Positions 13,469 through 26,499 of a stretch of 64,000 bases of DNA are shown one piece after another. A model generated the notes under the pieces. It saw nothing but the letters and a program-made list of their open reading frames with translations, had not been told where the DNA came from and did not search any database. Within the stretch, counting starts at the first letter, position 1. The number at the start of each line of letters is the position of its first letter. Source of the DNA: Owenia fusiformis (Eukaryota). Position numbers and translations under genes: made by a program. The stretch spans positions 11,532,001 to 11,596,000 of the forward strand of contig CAIIXF020000001.1 of the NCBI GenBank assembly GCA_903813345.2. The letters are read 5' to 3'.

Positions 13469-14375
13469 ACGCTCAGCCAGATGAAATTAACATAACGCAC
13501 CTGTTTAATTAATATACCGCGCCTGTTTAATACGATATCTATTTACTGTATACATAAACATATCTTGAGAGACTTGCAAATTTATGTTAATTTCGCTCTA
13601 AGTTGGGGGTTCCGATTGGGGTAAGAGTTGCCGAATATAGCCGAGCGAAAGCCTAGATTCGCCTGCTTTTTCTCAAAAAATCTCGTTCGCGTTGCCTTCT
13701 TGCCCATTTAAAAAGAATGGCAATTTAAGTAGGCATGTCGTTTAAGTACCCCGCCGTCATATTAGGGGGTTTAAGCTTACAATGTTTTTCAAGATCTAAA
13801 CGTAAAGTAAATCAAGTAAAAAAAATCAAGTAAATCTAAGATTTGAGACACGACATGTATGGAATGATACTAATTCAAATTCCCACGCTCATCTATAACC
13901 AGGCCCACACTAACCACTAATATTATAAAACTAATACAAGCTTACCATGTTACAGTCATTAGTAGATAAGACGCTAAAAAGGTGCAGAGTTACTAATGCT
14001 TCCTTATTTCCATATGATGCATAATCTCATTGTCATAGTTACAGAAAAAGTGTCACCTCATCGAAGTGACAATCATAGAGTGAGAGTTATAACCAGTAAG
14101 AAAAAATATTTAAGTGAGCCTACGACAATCGATTTCAACCCAAATAATCAGATCAAATGGGGCATAGTCTTGGTCCAAGTCTCTGGAGCCCCCCATTCAC
14201 CCTATCTACTTCGCCATAGATGTGTAGTGGGCGTTACAAGGGCCCTTGTAACTAGACAACACATATATATGGTAGATCTTTCTCCCCCCCCCCTTTGCTG
14301 TTACCAGCACTAAAACTCGTATCCAGACGCCAAGAGGTTAATCGTGTTAATACTTGGGTATAGAACCCGGGTATA

Positions 14376-15028
14376 CAGGGTGTCCCGAAAGTATGCCCCC
14401 CCCCCCCCCCCCTAGGCAGACATATACCAGTGTCGTCATAGTATGTGTCATATATCATTTTAAAGCTTATGCAAAGTTACATTGATTCGCCAAGTATCAT
14501 GGTTCAACTCTCAAAAGTGAAAAAATTACAGGCATTTCAAAATTTAGTGTTTGGTCAAAATTAAGTTCAATTTTACACCAAAACACTAGTCAATGTGTCC
14601 TCCCGGGCCATCTTAACAGCAGCAATTCTTTTCGGGTCGGATGGATATTGAGTTGGAAAAAGAGAACGGTGAAGGTAGAAACTTTAAGGAAACTCTTCTA
14701 AAGTCCCTTAAGTAACAGGTTTTAAGAGGGTTATAAAATTCCATATCCCTATTTGAAGGGCTTCTGAGGTCATATCTGAAAATAATTGCTGCTGTTAACA
14801 TGGCCAAGGGGGACACATTGACTAGTAATGTGGTGTAAAATTGAACATTATTTTGACAAAACACTAACTTTTAAAATTACTGTAACTTTTTCGCATTTGG
14901 GAGTTCAACCATGATACTTGGCAAATCAATGTAACTTTGGATAAGCTTTAAAATGATATATGACACATACTATGAGGACACTGGAATATGTCTGCCTAGG
15001 GGGGGGGCCATACTTTCGGGACACCCTG
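14376..15028. mobile_element. Tc1/mariner-type MITE with ~250-bp TIRs
   Basis: TA|CAGGGTGTCCCGAAAGTATG ... CATACTTTCGGGACACCCTG|TA. Arms at about 14376-14625 and 14784-15028 are highly similar. Confidence 0.92.
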
Positions 15029-15632
15029 TAGAACTCACTATGTACCCTTCGTCAAAATGTGCAGTATAATCTTGAAGTGCTGATGGCATAATGATGACGG
15101 ATAATAAGATTGTTTCACTTGTATGTGAAGTAGAACATAGAGGGTTTACATTTGCTATTTACAATATCGATACATCGTTTGGAAAGTCGGTTAACTTTGC
15201 AACCATACAAATTACCTTATGCGTCAAATATTGCCAATTACTCAGTACCGTCTCCATTACAACCATTTACACAATCAGTTCACGGTATATACTTGAGTAA
15301 AGATATGTGCGTTATGGACTGGTATACTCCCCAAATATTTAAAATAGTACAATAGAACAACATAACTAGCACCATAAGTGATTGTAAAATAGAATAGTAT
15401 ACATGTAATATGGATATAACATTAACAATATTATGTTATCCAAGTAGTGAGAGCCCATTGTTAATTGTGGGATCCACAACCTTTACTATCCTTTTGAATA
15501 GACAGGGCAGATTCTCTCTCAAGCTTTAGGTAAAGGGATCTGACTCGAGGGCTCTGATAAATCAGAATGGCGATCTAAACGTCACTGAGACCGGCTAAAA
15601 CGTCCACATTTGAAAATGCACTCATGGAATGG

Positions 15633-15718
15633 TATCCTTTGCATTCGTTCGACTTCGCTTCTTAAAATAGAGCTTCGTCTTCGTCGGTAGTTTATAACTA
15701 GACTCTGCGTGCAGGGTA
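15633..15718 (+). mobile_element. Ultra-short MITE, TACCCT...AGGGTA family
   Basis: Body matches 17351-17429. Degenerate 9-bp flanks ATGGAATGG / AGGGTATGG. Confidence 0.65.
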
Positions 15719-15771
15719 AGGGTATGGACACAATGGAAGAAAAAAGAATAAAGCATAAACATGTACAATGC

Positions 15772-15882
15772 CACCACCTGTCATTTGTTACAGACGCCGA
15801 CCGCCGAACATCATCCGCCGGACGCCGAACACAAAAAAGTTACCAATAGTTATTATGTTACCACTTTTGGTGGTGACATAAA
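15772..15882 (+). mobile_element. HINE/Helentron-like 3' fragment (relatives at ~1953-2056, ~60166-60260, ~60885-60995)
   Basis: Shared TTGTTACAGACGCC plus a CCGA/CCGC-rich microsatellite and a terminal hairpin TATGTTACCAC-TTTTG-GTGGTGACATA. Confidence 0.6.
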
Positions 15883-15916
15883 CAGAATTAACAATGGGAG
15901 GTGTGTGGATTAAATC

Positions 15917-17189
15917 GGGTACACCCCAGTTGTCCGAAACCCAGTTGTCCGAAACCCAGTTGTCCGAAACCCAGTCGTCCGAAACCCAGTTGTCCGAAAC
16001 CCAGTTGTCCGAAACCCAATTTCCCGAAACCCAGTTGTCCGAAACCCATTACTCCGAAAAGTAAAGTCATAATTTACAAGAGAAGGGGGGGGGGCGTAGC
16101 TTACTTAACCTTACGTCAGTTTCATGCCATGTATTTGGCCAAATTAATGGCATGGACGCATTCTGATATTCATAGATCTCTCTCTCACTTTGAATTGCAT
16201 CCATTGCATGGCGTTACCAGAATGGCAGGAACGGGAGATTTATTTTACATCGTGATTCTAAAAAAGGTTATTAAAACATAATATATATTACGGAACAGTT
16301 TATCTTATCTTCTTCAATCTCTTTTATATCTAGGCAAAATAAAATGAAACATTTTGAAACAGATAAATTAAGTTATCGCATAGAACTTTAAGAATAAAAC
16401 AGTATACAAATTACGTTGTCAATATATTTCGTCGCATTTAATTAATTTCTTAGTCTCGGTCTCTTATCAAATCGTAAAAGAATAAAACATTCTAAACTTA
16501 ATCACTTGGGATTTATGTTTCGGCATTCGTTGCAGGCATTTGTTTTTTATGTTCATCTCCTGAAATGTATTTGTTTGACAATAATCAGAGAAAGTGCTTA
16601 TACGTATAAATATGCCACGCAAACAAACGGGTGTGACTTCAATTTCTTGTCTGTCTGAGGACGTATTGGGAACGAGGTAGAATTAAAGAATTCTTATGAA
16701 CGAGTCAGGCAAGATACTAGAACTAGTAAAGTAATGTATTGGATAAGTTAATTTCTGATGGATCTGGATAAAATATATTTCAAAACTTTGTAAACACTAG
16801 ATAACTTCATTTAGGCAGATATAGTATCTTGATATATTTGGCTATCATGCGTTTAAAATACGTTCCTAAAACTATGAAGACGTTAGGTGAGAAATATTGC
16901 TATTGTACGTTCGAAAAGTATTTTGTTGTATTTTGTAGTTCTCAAGTTACCCATGAACTTTCGTGGGCTAATTAACGTCTTGACTTAGCATATTTAGCCT
17001 AATTTTGCAATGATGTCAACGTGATTCAAATGTTATGCTGTCGTGATTCGCAGAGGTTGTGACAAGATTCGTTTTAAGAAATTGTTTTTTTATAAGATCC
17101 CCTAATTTTCGGAGAACTGGGTTTCGGACAACTGGGTTTCGGAGAATTGGGTTTCGGACAACTGGGTTTCGGACAACTGGGTTGACCCC
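15917..17189. mobile_element. Mutator/Foldback-like non-autonomous element with modular TIRs and 9-bp TSD
   Basis: GATTAAATC flanks both ends and the termini are G-rich. The 15-bp unit CCCAGTTGTCCGAAA occurs x9 on the left (15925-16059) and inverted x5 on the right (17107-17181). Confidence 0.88.
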
Positions 17190-17350
17190 GATTAAATCAG
17201 GTATTGAGATTTGTTAGCATATTAGTTGACATAAGGTTCTATACATGCAGTAGTTCAACATTGTTACTTGATCTAACATCACCTGTCAAACAAGGCCATT
17301 TTGTAATACGATTACATCCTTCACATCATATAGATGATGATAGGACTTGT

Positions 17351-17429
17351 TACCCTTTGCATTCGTTTGACTTCACTTCTTAAAAGAGAGCTTCGTCTTA
17401 TAGTTTAACTAGACTCTGTACGCAGGGTA
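17351..17429 (+). mobile_element. Ultra-short MITE (79 bp), TACCCT...AGGGTA family, perfect 9-bp TSD
   Basis: AGGACTTGT|TACCCT ... AGGGTA|AGGACTTGT. Confidence 0.85.
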
Positions 17430-19492
17430 AGGACTTGTTATACTGTCACATTTATCTCATCAATTAATTGAGCCATGTCGACATGTTTCACGGTAGTTTG
17501 TAGCATAATATTGCGTCCAATCGCGCTAATTGGAACTTATCACACAAATTAATTGTCAAATATTAGCCAAACAGGATGTGTGGCATCTTGTTTCCTGATT
17601 CGACGAAGTATTGTTCACGGAAGGATCAAACATGAGGCCCGGGAATAATGAATAGTTTAACATCTTCAACATCAATTTACACTGTATATAACATTCAGGG
17701 TACTTAATCCTTGACCTGGGTCTACAAGACATCGTTATATGGTTAAAGGACGGTTACATTGAATATAATGGTTTACAGAGCAACGTTTTAAATGGTCTTA
17801 CAATAGAGAAACATTAAAGAAATGTTGTAAGATATGTAAAGCATAATACACGATTCCTTTCAAATCAATATGGTTGACAACCTTCCATGAATTGATGGAG
17901 GTCCATATGATTAAATTAGAGGATAGCGTGATTCAGATCATTGTGAAGAATGCATTTGTAAAGTAGAATGAGACAATGAGGTGCATACCCAATAGTATAA
18001 TGTACCTTTCATTGCCTGCCTCTTTGATAGTCCATAATTAAATCATGAGAAATCATGGCCCCGGGTCATGGCCTTATATTAGAAATATGAGTATCAATGT
18101 CATAATCATGACATCAACGTGCCTGAAATCTATGAGTTTCCATTATTGTTCTGTACTGTCCTTGTGAGTTCAGACTCTCTCGAATATTATACAACGATCG
18201 AGGCCCTGATAAATCAGAACAGAGACTGATCAGAATGAGTGCAATTTATTGTTGTAATTATACTAATAGTGCAACATGAACATTATAATACCAGTAAACA
18301 TGAAAATAATACCTGTAGTAAACATTATTATGATACCAGTATTATGTGAAGGTGTATATTATATCTGATTATTAGACATGCATTGATACTGGTTAGCGAC
18401 CGCGATCTGTGTGTCTCTGGTGTGTTTTACATTTGCTTGATCAAGTGACCGATATATTTGAAACATTTACTTTTTAGCTCAAATACTTAAAATAGACTAA
18501 AATTCGCTAATTTATAAAATTTGTGACCACCTGTAGAATACTGGACACTACTGGTTTACAATAAATGGATATTGTAAAAAATTAAAGACTGAAAAAATAT
18601 ATAGATAAAATTGATTGATACCATCTACACATTTTTCTGTCTTTAACTTATTCTGTAAATCCTCAAATTATCGATATGGAACGGAACTGATCTCTCACGA
18701 TGACCTTGTTTCATTGATCTCATTCTCTCTGTTGGAGTCAATATCCACAGAAATAACAGTTTGCAAGTCTCATGCGTCTAGAGATAGATCGATGAAAGGT
18801 GAATAGAATGGACATGTTATAATCACCAATGGCATCTGTCGCATCTGTTTGTATCCCTAAAACATCTCGTGATTTGTTGTCTCAGTTTGGACAATTAATA
18901 ATTGATATTGTTTTCATAAGGTCACAATGACCACTTTTGTTTGTATTCTATGTATTCTATTTAGTAGTACTTAAGGAGGTTAGCTGATCAGCTACTCTCA
19001 GTTCGAATGCAGTGTTTCATAAGTTTTTTTGACTCAGTCAGTGATTAACATGCTTTATGTTAATTTCGAACAGATTTGTAAAACCAAGTACTCGTGATTT
19101 TTTCATTTTCTCTACTCAAATCTGAATTGGTAACGATAGATAGATAATGCTCTAGGAATTTTATGCAGAAAATAACCATGGATACGTGACTTATATAATT
19201 GGGGGAGGGGATAAACTGGGCTACCCGTGAAATGTGAAACAAATTTAGTAATTTTAAATCTGTTATATAAATGGCCAGTGACGAAGCATGGTTTTGGGGC
19301 ATGTACAAAACAGCCATTTTTCTAAGATATATTGGAAAATGCATCATTTAAGTTCGAGTTCCAACATTTAAAATGATCCTCTGTCGTTATCAGACGGACA
19401 GACCGAGAAGTGGCTGATTTTTAAAATCCCAGTTATAGGATCAAAATCTAAGTGAATCAAGTCAATGTACTGTACTATTTTTTATATTCCAG

Positions 19493-19644
19493 TATGGATT
19501 ATTCTTCTGTCATGTTACTTTGTGGCTGTGCCCCCAGAGAAGGGATTCATCTGCTCAGATCCCCACATCAACTATCCTTATCGCCCAAGTACAGTGGGAA
19601 CAGCAGTATTAGTATCTTCCACCATGATCATATCAATGCTGTTG
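19493..19644 (+). CDS. PLPP: PLPP-like paralogue A, exon 2
   Basis: CAG acceptor and GTAAGT donor. Encodes PPEKGFICSDPHINYPY, the typical LPP GFxCxDxSIxYPY loop. 152 nt. Confidence 0.92.
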
Positions 19645-20064
19645 GTAAGTTTTGACAGCGGTCTTAATTTGTTCCCAATTTTATTCAAACCTTCTTTCGA
19701 CCATGAAAATATATTAAAGGGGGGGGGAGATCATTATGAATTTTAAATTAAAGCCAAGCTAATGCCTGAATATTAGTCTGGTAAATTAAAAGAAATATAA
19801 AACTCAAAATGTTTTTACCCTGGCCTTTTGCAAATGGACACCATTAATCAATTATCGAGTTGTGTCTCAGACCATACTGATGAGGCATCTATGATACAAT
19901 CCCTTATTAGGACTAAGCCATACCAAGAAATCACATAATCCTTTTCTCAAGCAGACACTCCAATTTGTTCATCCGAAATAATCAATAAACATCTACTACT
20001 CTCAAAGACTAGAAAAACGTAACAGTTAAATGTCATTTTAACCTATTGCAATATTATTTTCTAG

Positions 20065-20282
20065 ATTACTATCACAGAGATTTTCTTATGGGCTCCAATG
20101 AAAAGGGACAAGAAGCTACTTGGTATAAGATTAGGGCGCAATCTTCTGACCTTTATGTGGGGCTATGCAGTTGTATTTGATGTCGTTTTTGTAGCAAAAT
20201 ACTCAATGGGTGCATTGCGTCCAAACTTCATAGATGTTTGCCAACCGAAGTACATCACAACCAGTGGAAACTGCTCGAACAT
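20065..20282 (+). CDS. PLPP: PLPP-like paralogue A, exon 3 (C1 motif)
   Basis: KYSMGALRP fits KxxxxxxRP; NCS sequon; 218 nt; TAG acceptor and GTAAGT donor. Confidence 0.95.
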
Positions 20283-20324
20283 GTAAGTGAATAATACGAC
20301 CTTCCCACTTTCCATGAAATACTA

Positions 20325-20519
20325 CAGAGTGCCTCAAAAAATGTTACAGGTACAAAATGGTCAATATCTTTTGGCATTTACCCTAAAACATAATTGCAAG
20401 CTCTCTCGATCAATTTGACACAGAGCAGATTTAAAATCCTTCCATGGTTGACTGTACAGGACAGATTTTATGAACTCATGTGAACTCTGACTTGCGCTGA
20501 AATTTTTTGAGACACCTTG
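20325..20519. mobile_element. Degenerate Tc1/mariner-type MITE
   Basis: TA|CAGAGTGCCTCAAAAAAT ... ATTTTTTGAGACACCTTG|TA. Confidence 0.6.
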
Positions 20520-22609
20520 TACAATCCCCCATTGATCTCTTGCATGAGACATTCTGTTTGCAATAACCAACTTACTAAGAGGAATATCAATGATTCATGT
20601 TAGTTTTATCATTTCTGTCAGTGTAGTAACCTCTAAAGACAAGCATAAAATGTGACTCAATCAATATATGACTCAGATTGAGTTACTTTAAATCATTGGC
20701 CATCATTACTAGTCCTCTTTAATGAAGAGGAACTGATCTAGCCATTATGTGATTTTGAAGCTATTAGTGGCAGGTAAAACATTCAAAAGAATTTCAAGGC
20801 ATGAATTGTTTCAATATTCATCAATATGATTACTTCTCTCAATCTTTGTTTTCTTCTTAAATTGAGGCTAGAACCACATAGTAATTACTGAAGTTCGCTA
20901 GAGGCAAGTAAACTTAGTGGCAGTGTGGGATCCACAATCAATCTCTACTATCCCTTGGAATAGAGAGACGCTCACAACCTTTAGATAAAGAGAGACTGAT
21001 CAATCAGAATGAAGAAGTGGTAATAGTTTGCGAAGGTCTTTTCTAGAGACACAAACGAATCAATATTCTGATACTCATACATAGCCGTGGGGACCGGGGT
21101 TCGATCGGTTCGGACAAACCCCCGGTCTTGATTTTGTGGAAAATTTGTGGAAAAATTCATTGCAATAACCAGAAAAAATATATTCAATTTATATGACCAG
21201 TAGATAAAAAATGATAAAGTTACACTTCTCTCAAAAAGTTTGTCAACCTTAGACACGGGGTGGGATTGTTTAATCTTGGGAAGACCCCGGAGCATCATGA
21301 CATTATGCAAAAAGAAATATCAATTATTTGCACAATTTATTTTCTAACTTAATTAAAAGCTGCTCCATATCCGGTGAAGTAAACCAACTGTCTAAATACT
21401 GATGTAAACACATTTTCTTTCAAATGTTTGCGTCTCCGTTTTGTTTTATTCCAAACAAAAAATTCTTGCTAAGTCCCCGGGGCTGATAAGTCCCCAAGAG
21501 CAAATATTACATAATAGAAACATTTTCACCGTCCGTTTATGATATAATCCGCGGTAATGAACTTGTTGACATCACCACGAAATATAACTGATCATTTTAG
21601 TAAAAATGGTGACCTTACCCTGCAGAAATGTAGGTAATGTTCCACAGCTATTTCTGAGGGTGATACAACAGGGCCCAGTCTCCAGGGTATTGCTTTTACT
21701 TTCCAGGGGTAACAAATCTATACCTGGGCATAGTGTGGTTCTAAAGCCTTAGCGAAGTAACTTCCTTTGCCACCTATATTCGCCAAACCGTAAAAATTAG
21801 TTATTAAGTACAGATTATTTTTTATTTTCAATTCAAAGAAAGAACAAATAGATGTTTTCAGCACTAGGTGTTTTTTTGTTGCAAGGCATTGGAATTTAAA
21901 AGAAATTAGGTCGAGCACTCTTCTATTACAAAATGAAATAAAAATCTTTTGATTTGGAATCTTTTCAAAAAATTCATCTAATCTCAGTATTAAAGTGTGG
22001 GAATTGCATGTTCCAGAATTTGACATATCTTTGAATGAACCCTAAAGAATGAATAAGGAATGAGGATTTCAAAATAAAATAGCTCGTTAAAAATATGCTA
22101 GGATTTGCCCTTAACAAAAGTTAGCTCAATGTATGCTAACCTTGATTTGGATTTCATTAAACAAATGTTATATTAAAATGTATGATTTTGCCCCCAGATT
22201 TCAATATCTTTTCAGTAAAAGATTCACCAAAAACGCTCAATGGGGGTGTTACGGTTGCCAAAGGGAGGGGTGCAAATTGTATGTATGGCAAATACAAAAA
22301 TGCTTATATGAGGTACACCGATGAAGGGGGAGATTTGTGGATAACATAAAAATAGAACCCCTGGTCACCAAATCCTTGCTACGTCATTGCTCATATAATA
22401 ATAGGAGGTCTTTGTTGTGTCCAGACATGCCGGAAGGACAGAGATGGAGAGGCTGCAGCTTACCACAATGGAACTTTGAAAATAGTTCTAAAGAGAGTTT
22501 GGTAGATGAGAATAACCGATGCTCTCTTTTATACTAGCTACGAAAACAAACTATTGCAAAATGCATATTTGTATCGTTTGTCATTTGATCATGAAATTAT
22601 CTTTTTCAG

Positions 22610-22748
22610 TGTTGGTCAAATGAGGTATGTTGAGCCTGATATAGATTTTATCTGCACCAACCCGGACAAGAGAGCTATATCAGACGCAAGACAATCCTTT
22701 CCATCTGGCCACGCTGCAGCAGGGGCTTTCTGCGCAGCTTTCCTGTCT
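22610..22748 (+). CDS. PLPP: PLPP-like paralogue A, exon 4 (C2 motif)
   Basis: ARQSFPSGH. Phase-2 CAG acceptor and GTAAGT donor. Confidence 0.95.
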
Positions 22749-23950
22749 GTAAGTATGAAATCACGAGGGGAAACAATACCTTGTATCACAAAAATATTTC
22801 ATTCTTTTTCCGGTTAACACCTTTAAAAACGTTCGAACCTTCTGCAGGTTTGTTCCCCTGGCCTGATGGGGTTGGGGGGGGACGCTTTGCTAAAATCAGT
22901 GAGAAATTAACAGGTACTTATCTCTGTAGTTCATCTCAGTAAAATGAAAAATAGTGTAGGCTTATGTGGCAAAATCATTCACTGAGAGAATATTGTAAGA
23001 TTGTATTGTAATTGTATTGTATTGCTAGAATATAAGTATTTTATATACAGCAAAAAATATCACCGCAGCTTAGGATTTCCTTCTGTGTTTTCATTAACCA
23101 TATCATATTTAAAAAGCAAATTGTTGTTTTTTAATTTTGAAAGTAGTGCTTTTGATTTTTGGCGTCGTTACTCATTTAGTCTTGTTATACAACAATCAAT
23201 ATGTGGCAAGGGGATCATGGTGTGAGCTGATAATAAGATTGTAATTCGGTTCATGTCACAAAAACCGAACGAGGACTTCCGTTTTGGATCAGAATTATTG
23301 TCTACAATATAGATTAAAGAAAACAAGTGCAATGAATATATCACGATGACATTGCTTCCCAAGCAGTCCCAGAAACATGGATGCCAGATGTAAAATAAAC
23401 TAGCTCATAGTCTTTATTCCTTTTTTTAATTTTGATATTATTCTTGAAATACAGTACCAATGTCAAAATAAAGGAACAAGTCTGTAAGCTAAGGTAAAGT
23501 GAAATTCAGTTACCTACTAGTCTCACTGTCATTCTAGTCGTCCTGGTGGACAACTTTAAAGCCATCAAATGCTTTTTTATATACTTGATATACCTGTATA
23601 GTAGCATTGACGCATGCTCAATATATGGTACTTGTTATTCGTTTCCTGGAAAGAATTTGATGAGATTGAGCAACTGAATGTTCAGAACGCAATTTATGCT
23701 TCAATAAATAGAAAGTTGAATCTCACTGGGGACCAACTGGAAACGAAGACATGAATTCCTGCTACCCTAACTTTTTCATTTTGAAACTATATGTCATGGC
23801 ATTTGCAGGATAAATTGTTATAATGCAGTTCTACAATATCTGAATGTGTGGCAATTATCTCACAACTGCTAAATCCATTGAATTGAAATTAGAACATTTG
23901 TATCTTTACTTCCCAGACACCCTGTATCTATTTTATAACTGTTATTGCAG

Positions 23951-24127
23951 ATATATGCCCAATTCAAATGGCGAGTGGATTGGACAATGATTCTGGTGCC
24001 ATTCCTACAGATGACACTAGCGTGTCTTGCTCTATACAATGCAGTTTTGAGGGTAACAGACAACAAACATTACCAAATAGATATATGGGCTGGTGCACTC
24101 ATAGGATCTCTGGTAGCAATTCTTACC
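23951..24127 (+). CDS. PLPP: PLPP-like paralogue A, exon 5 (C3 motif)
   Basis: LRVTDNKHYQID fits (S)RxxxxxHxxxD. 177 nt. Confidence 0.95.
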
Positions 24128-24827
24128 GTAAGTATCCTAACCATTGATCAAACGTTTCCTGTAAGGCATTCGTTATAGGTTCTGTACTTTGGTTGTCTCA
24201 TATCAGTCTTTATTCCAAATAAGGCTTTACAAAGAGAGAGTTCTCTGCCTGATAGAAGACAACATACACATCCATTTGGGACTGGGAGAGATATGGCTAT
24301 CAACCCAACAATAGTACTAGCAACAGCAATATCATCCTGTATAGCACTGACATATTATTATGCAAGCTTTTGATATAATCATATGAGATGAGGGTACCCC
24401 TGTAATAATTTCAATAATTCCATATTGAATATCATCTCTCAAAACAACCTATTCCGTTGCTCGAAGTATTGTTAATATTATGAGTCTAAGACAGGACAAT
24501 TGACTGCTGCCGCTTTTGTTTGACAACGATAGCATTTGTTGCAATACAATCTTTTGAGTCTCTTTTGTAATTTATGTTTTCACTAATCAATGTTGCCGTT
24601 CCTTATTTAACAAAATATCAAATGACAACAGTAATTATAATACAAATGTTGCATCAAATGAAAGGATTAATTTCATTATTGATTCTATGACTAATTTTCC
24701 TCATTTTGTGACTGCTACATTGTACATTGTACGTGTCATATTCATGAGCTAATATTCACCCTAGTAGAAATGTAACTATGTATCTATGCTTGCCTCAAAC
24801 TGTAATATCAGTATACATACTCACGTA

Positions 24828-25295
24828 ACGTCTTTGTAACAAAAGGATGAACTTCCGTTATAGAAAATTTGTGAGATTTTTATTATTTTCTCCAGGAAAG
24901 ACTAGTCGATTTGTATTAAGATACCCGTATGTTAATAGAAACAAACATCCGGTTACTGCAAAGTTAGTCAGTCACGAGCAAATATATCCAGCTGCTCCAA
25001 TAAGCGAGAGAGAACTCCCTCACTTCAGCAAGCAGGATGGTGTCTGGTGGATTTCATAACGTCTTGGTTGCGTTGTGTTAACACCCTGGTTGCTAAAGCG
25101 GGTGGTTTCTCATTTGATTACTTGAACCATTGGCTCGTATATATTCGTGACTGATTCGTTCTTCAGTAACCGGATGTTACTCTAAACATACGGGTACCAT
25201 ATTTGGATACTCTGACAAATCAACCTCTTTCTTGGTGAAAATAATGAAAAAAAATCCCCGACGGAAATTCATCCATTTTGACGTCTTTATAACAA
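24828..25295. mobile_element. Long palindromic non-autonomous element, copy 1 (copy 2 at 28809-29281)
   Basis: ~200-bp imperfect inverted arms around a shared core (TTCATAACGTCT..GTTGCGTTGTG). The two copies are clearly homologous. Confidence 0.75.
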
Positions 25296-25619
25296 GTTTG
25301 GGACGAGTTTTAAAAACTGATCGCATGTTACTTTTAGCAAGATTCCGTGTCAGTCTATTCACAAAGAAGTACAATAACATTCAATTACATTGATCCTTAT
25401 TACATAGCTAAATAGAGAGTTATATCTAATACGAATATATGACTCATGAATGAGGCTATAGCAATGTCTGGAAACATATTCTTGAGTGCCATCATGCAAC
25501 TTTGACACTGAGAGAATTTCTCAATTCCAAGTTGATGCGAAAGGAATTGATTCACGATTGTGATAACAAAGTAAGTCAACTAAAAGTTTTTGACCACTTT
25601 TGGACCATTTGCTTTAAAA

Positions 25620-26170
25620 CCTGTGTCGATAGGATTCCCGTTTTAAGTTATATTTGTTCAACATCAATACAGAAAACTCCCCTATGACTCCTTGTTCAAC
25701 AGTTCCCCTATTCTCAAAATGGTCGCCATTTTTGTCACGCGAAATTCACCTTTGGCCCATTTCCTAGCTTTACAAATATTTCCCCGTGTCCTGCATTGTA
25801 AAAAGCCATGTCACTCTAAAGAGTAGTTATCTGATATAATTTTGTTACAAAAATCGGCAAAAAATGTATCCATTTTTTCAGCCATTTTAGTTAACTTTGA
25901 CCTCTGTCAATAGGATTCCCGTTTTAAATTATTTTTTGTTCAACACCAATGTAGAAAACTCCTCTATGACTCCTGGTTCAAAAGCTCGCCTATTTTCAAA
26001 ATGGTCGCTATTTTTGTCTTGCGAAATTCACTTGTGGCCCATTTTCTAGCTTTACAAATAATTTCAGGTGTCCTGCATTTTAAAAAGCCATGCCACTCTC
26101 AAGAGTTGTTGTATGAAATAATTTTGTGAAAAAATCGGCAAAAATTACATCCATTTTAGCCATTTTAGCC
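25620..26170. repeat. Tandem duplication of ~281-bp unit (x2), probably HINE-like core repeats
   Basis: GTCRATAGGATTCCCGTTTTAA at 25625 and 25906, with colinear similarity. Contains AAAATGGTCGC motifs. Confidence 0.8.
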
Positions 26171-26499
26171 ATCATTCACTTTTAAGCAACACCCACGGTA
26201 CTTTTTATCGGAACGTTTGATTTGTGAAAACACGATGTTTTATTGTGTAATCACTATCATGGACAAGAGGCAACCTTGGGGGTAAATTAAATATGCAGTG
26301 AAGGTGGCCATTATCTTAAAGCAATTTTTTGAAAGCCTTTGGCTCAACTGATCATAATATTTTGCTTGATAAACTTTCAAACTATGAAATCAACTGTAGC
26401 ATAGCGGTAACATGGTATAATAGATATGATTCGTGACATCCATTATTAGTGACTAGCTACCATGTGAGTGTTACATGTAGCGAAGTACTATTGACTATA

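Noticed and set aside
15888-16281. PKPSC-repeat and LGFGQ-repeat ORFs resembling a Cys/Pro-rich structural protein
   Set aside because: They are translations of the 15-bp TIR array of a transposon, whose inverted partner is at 17107-17181.
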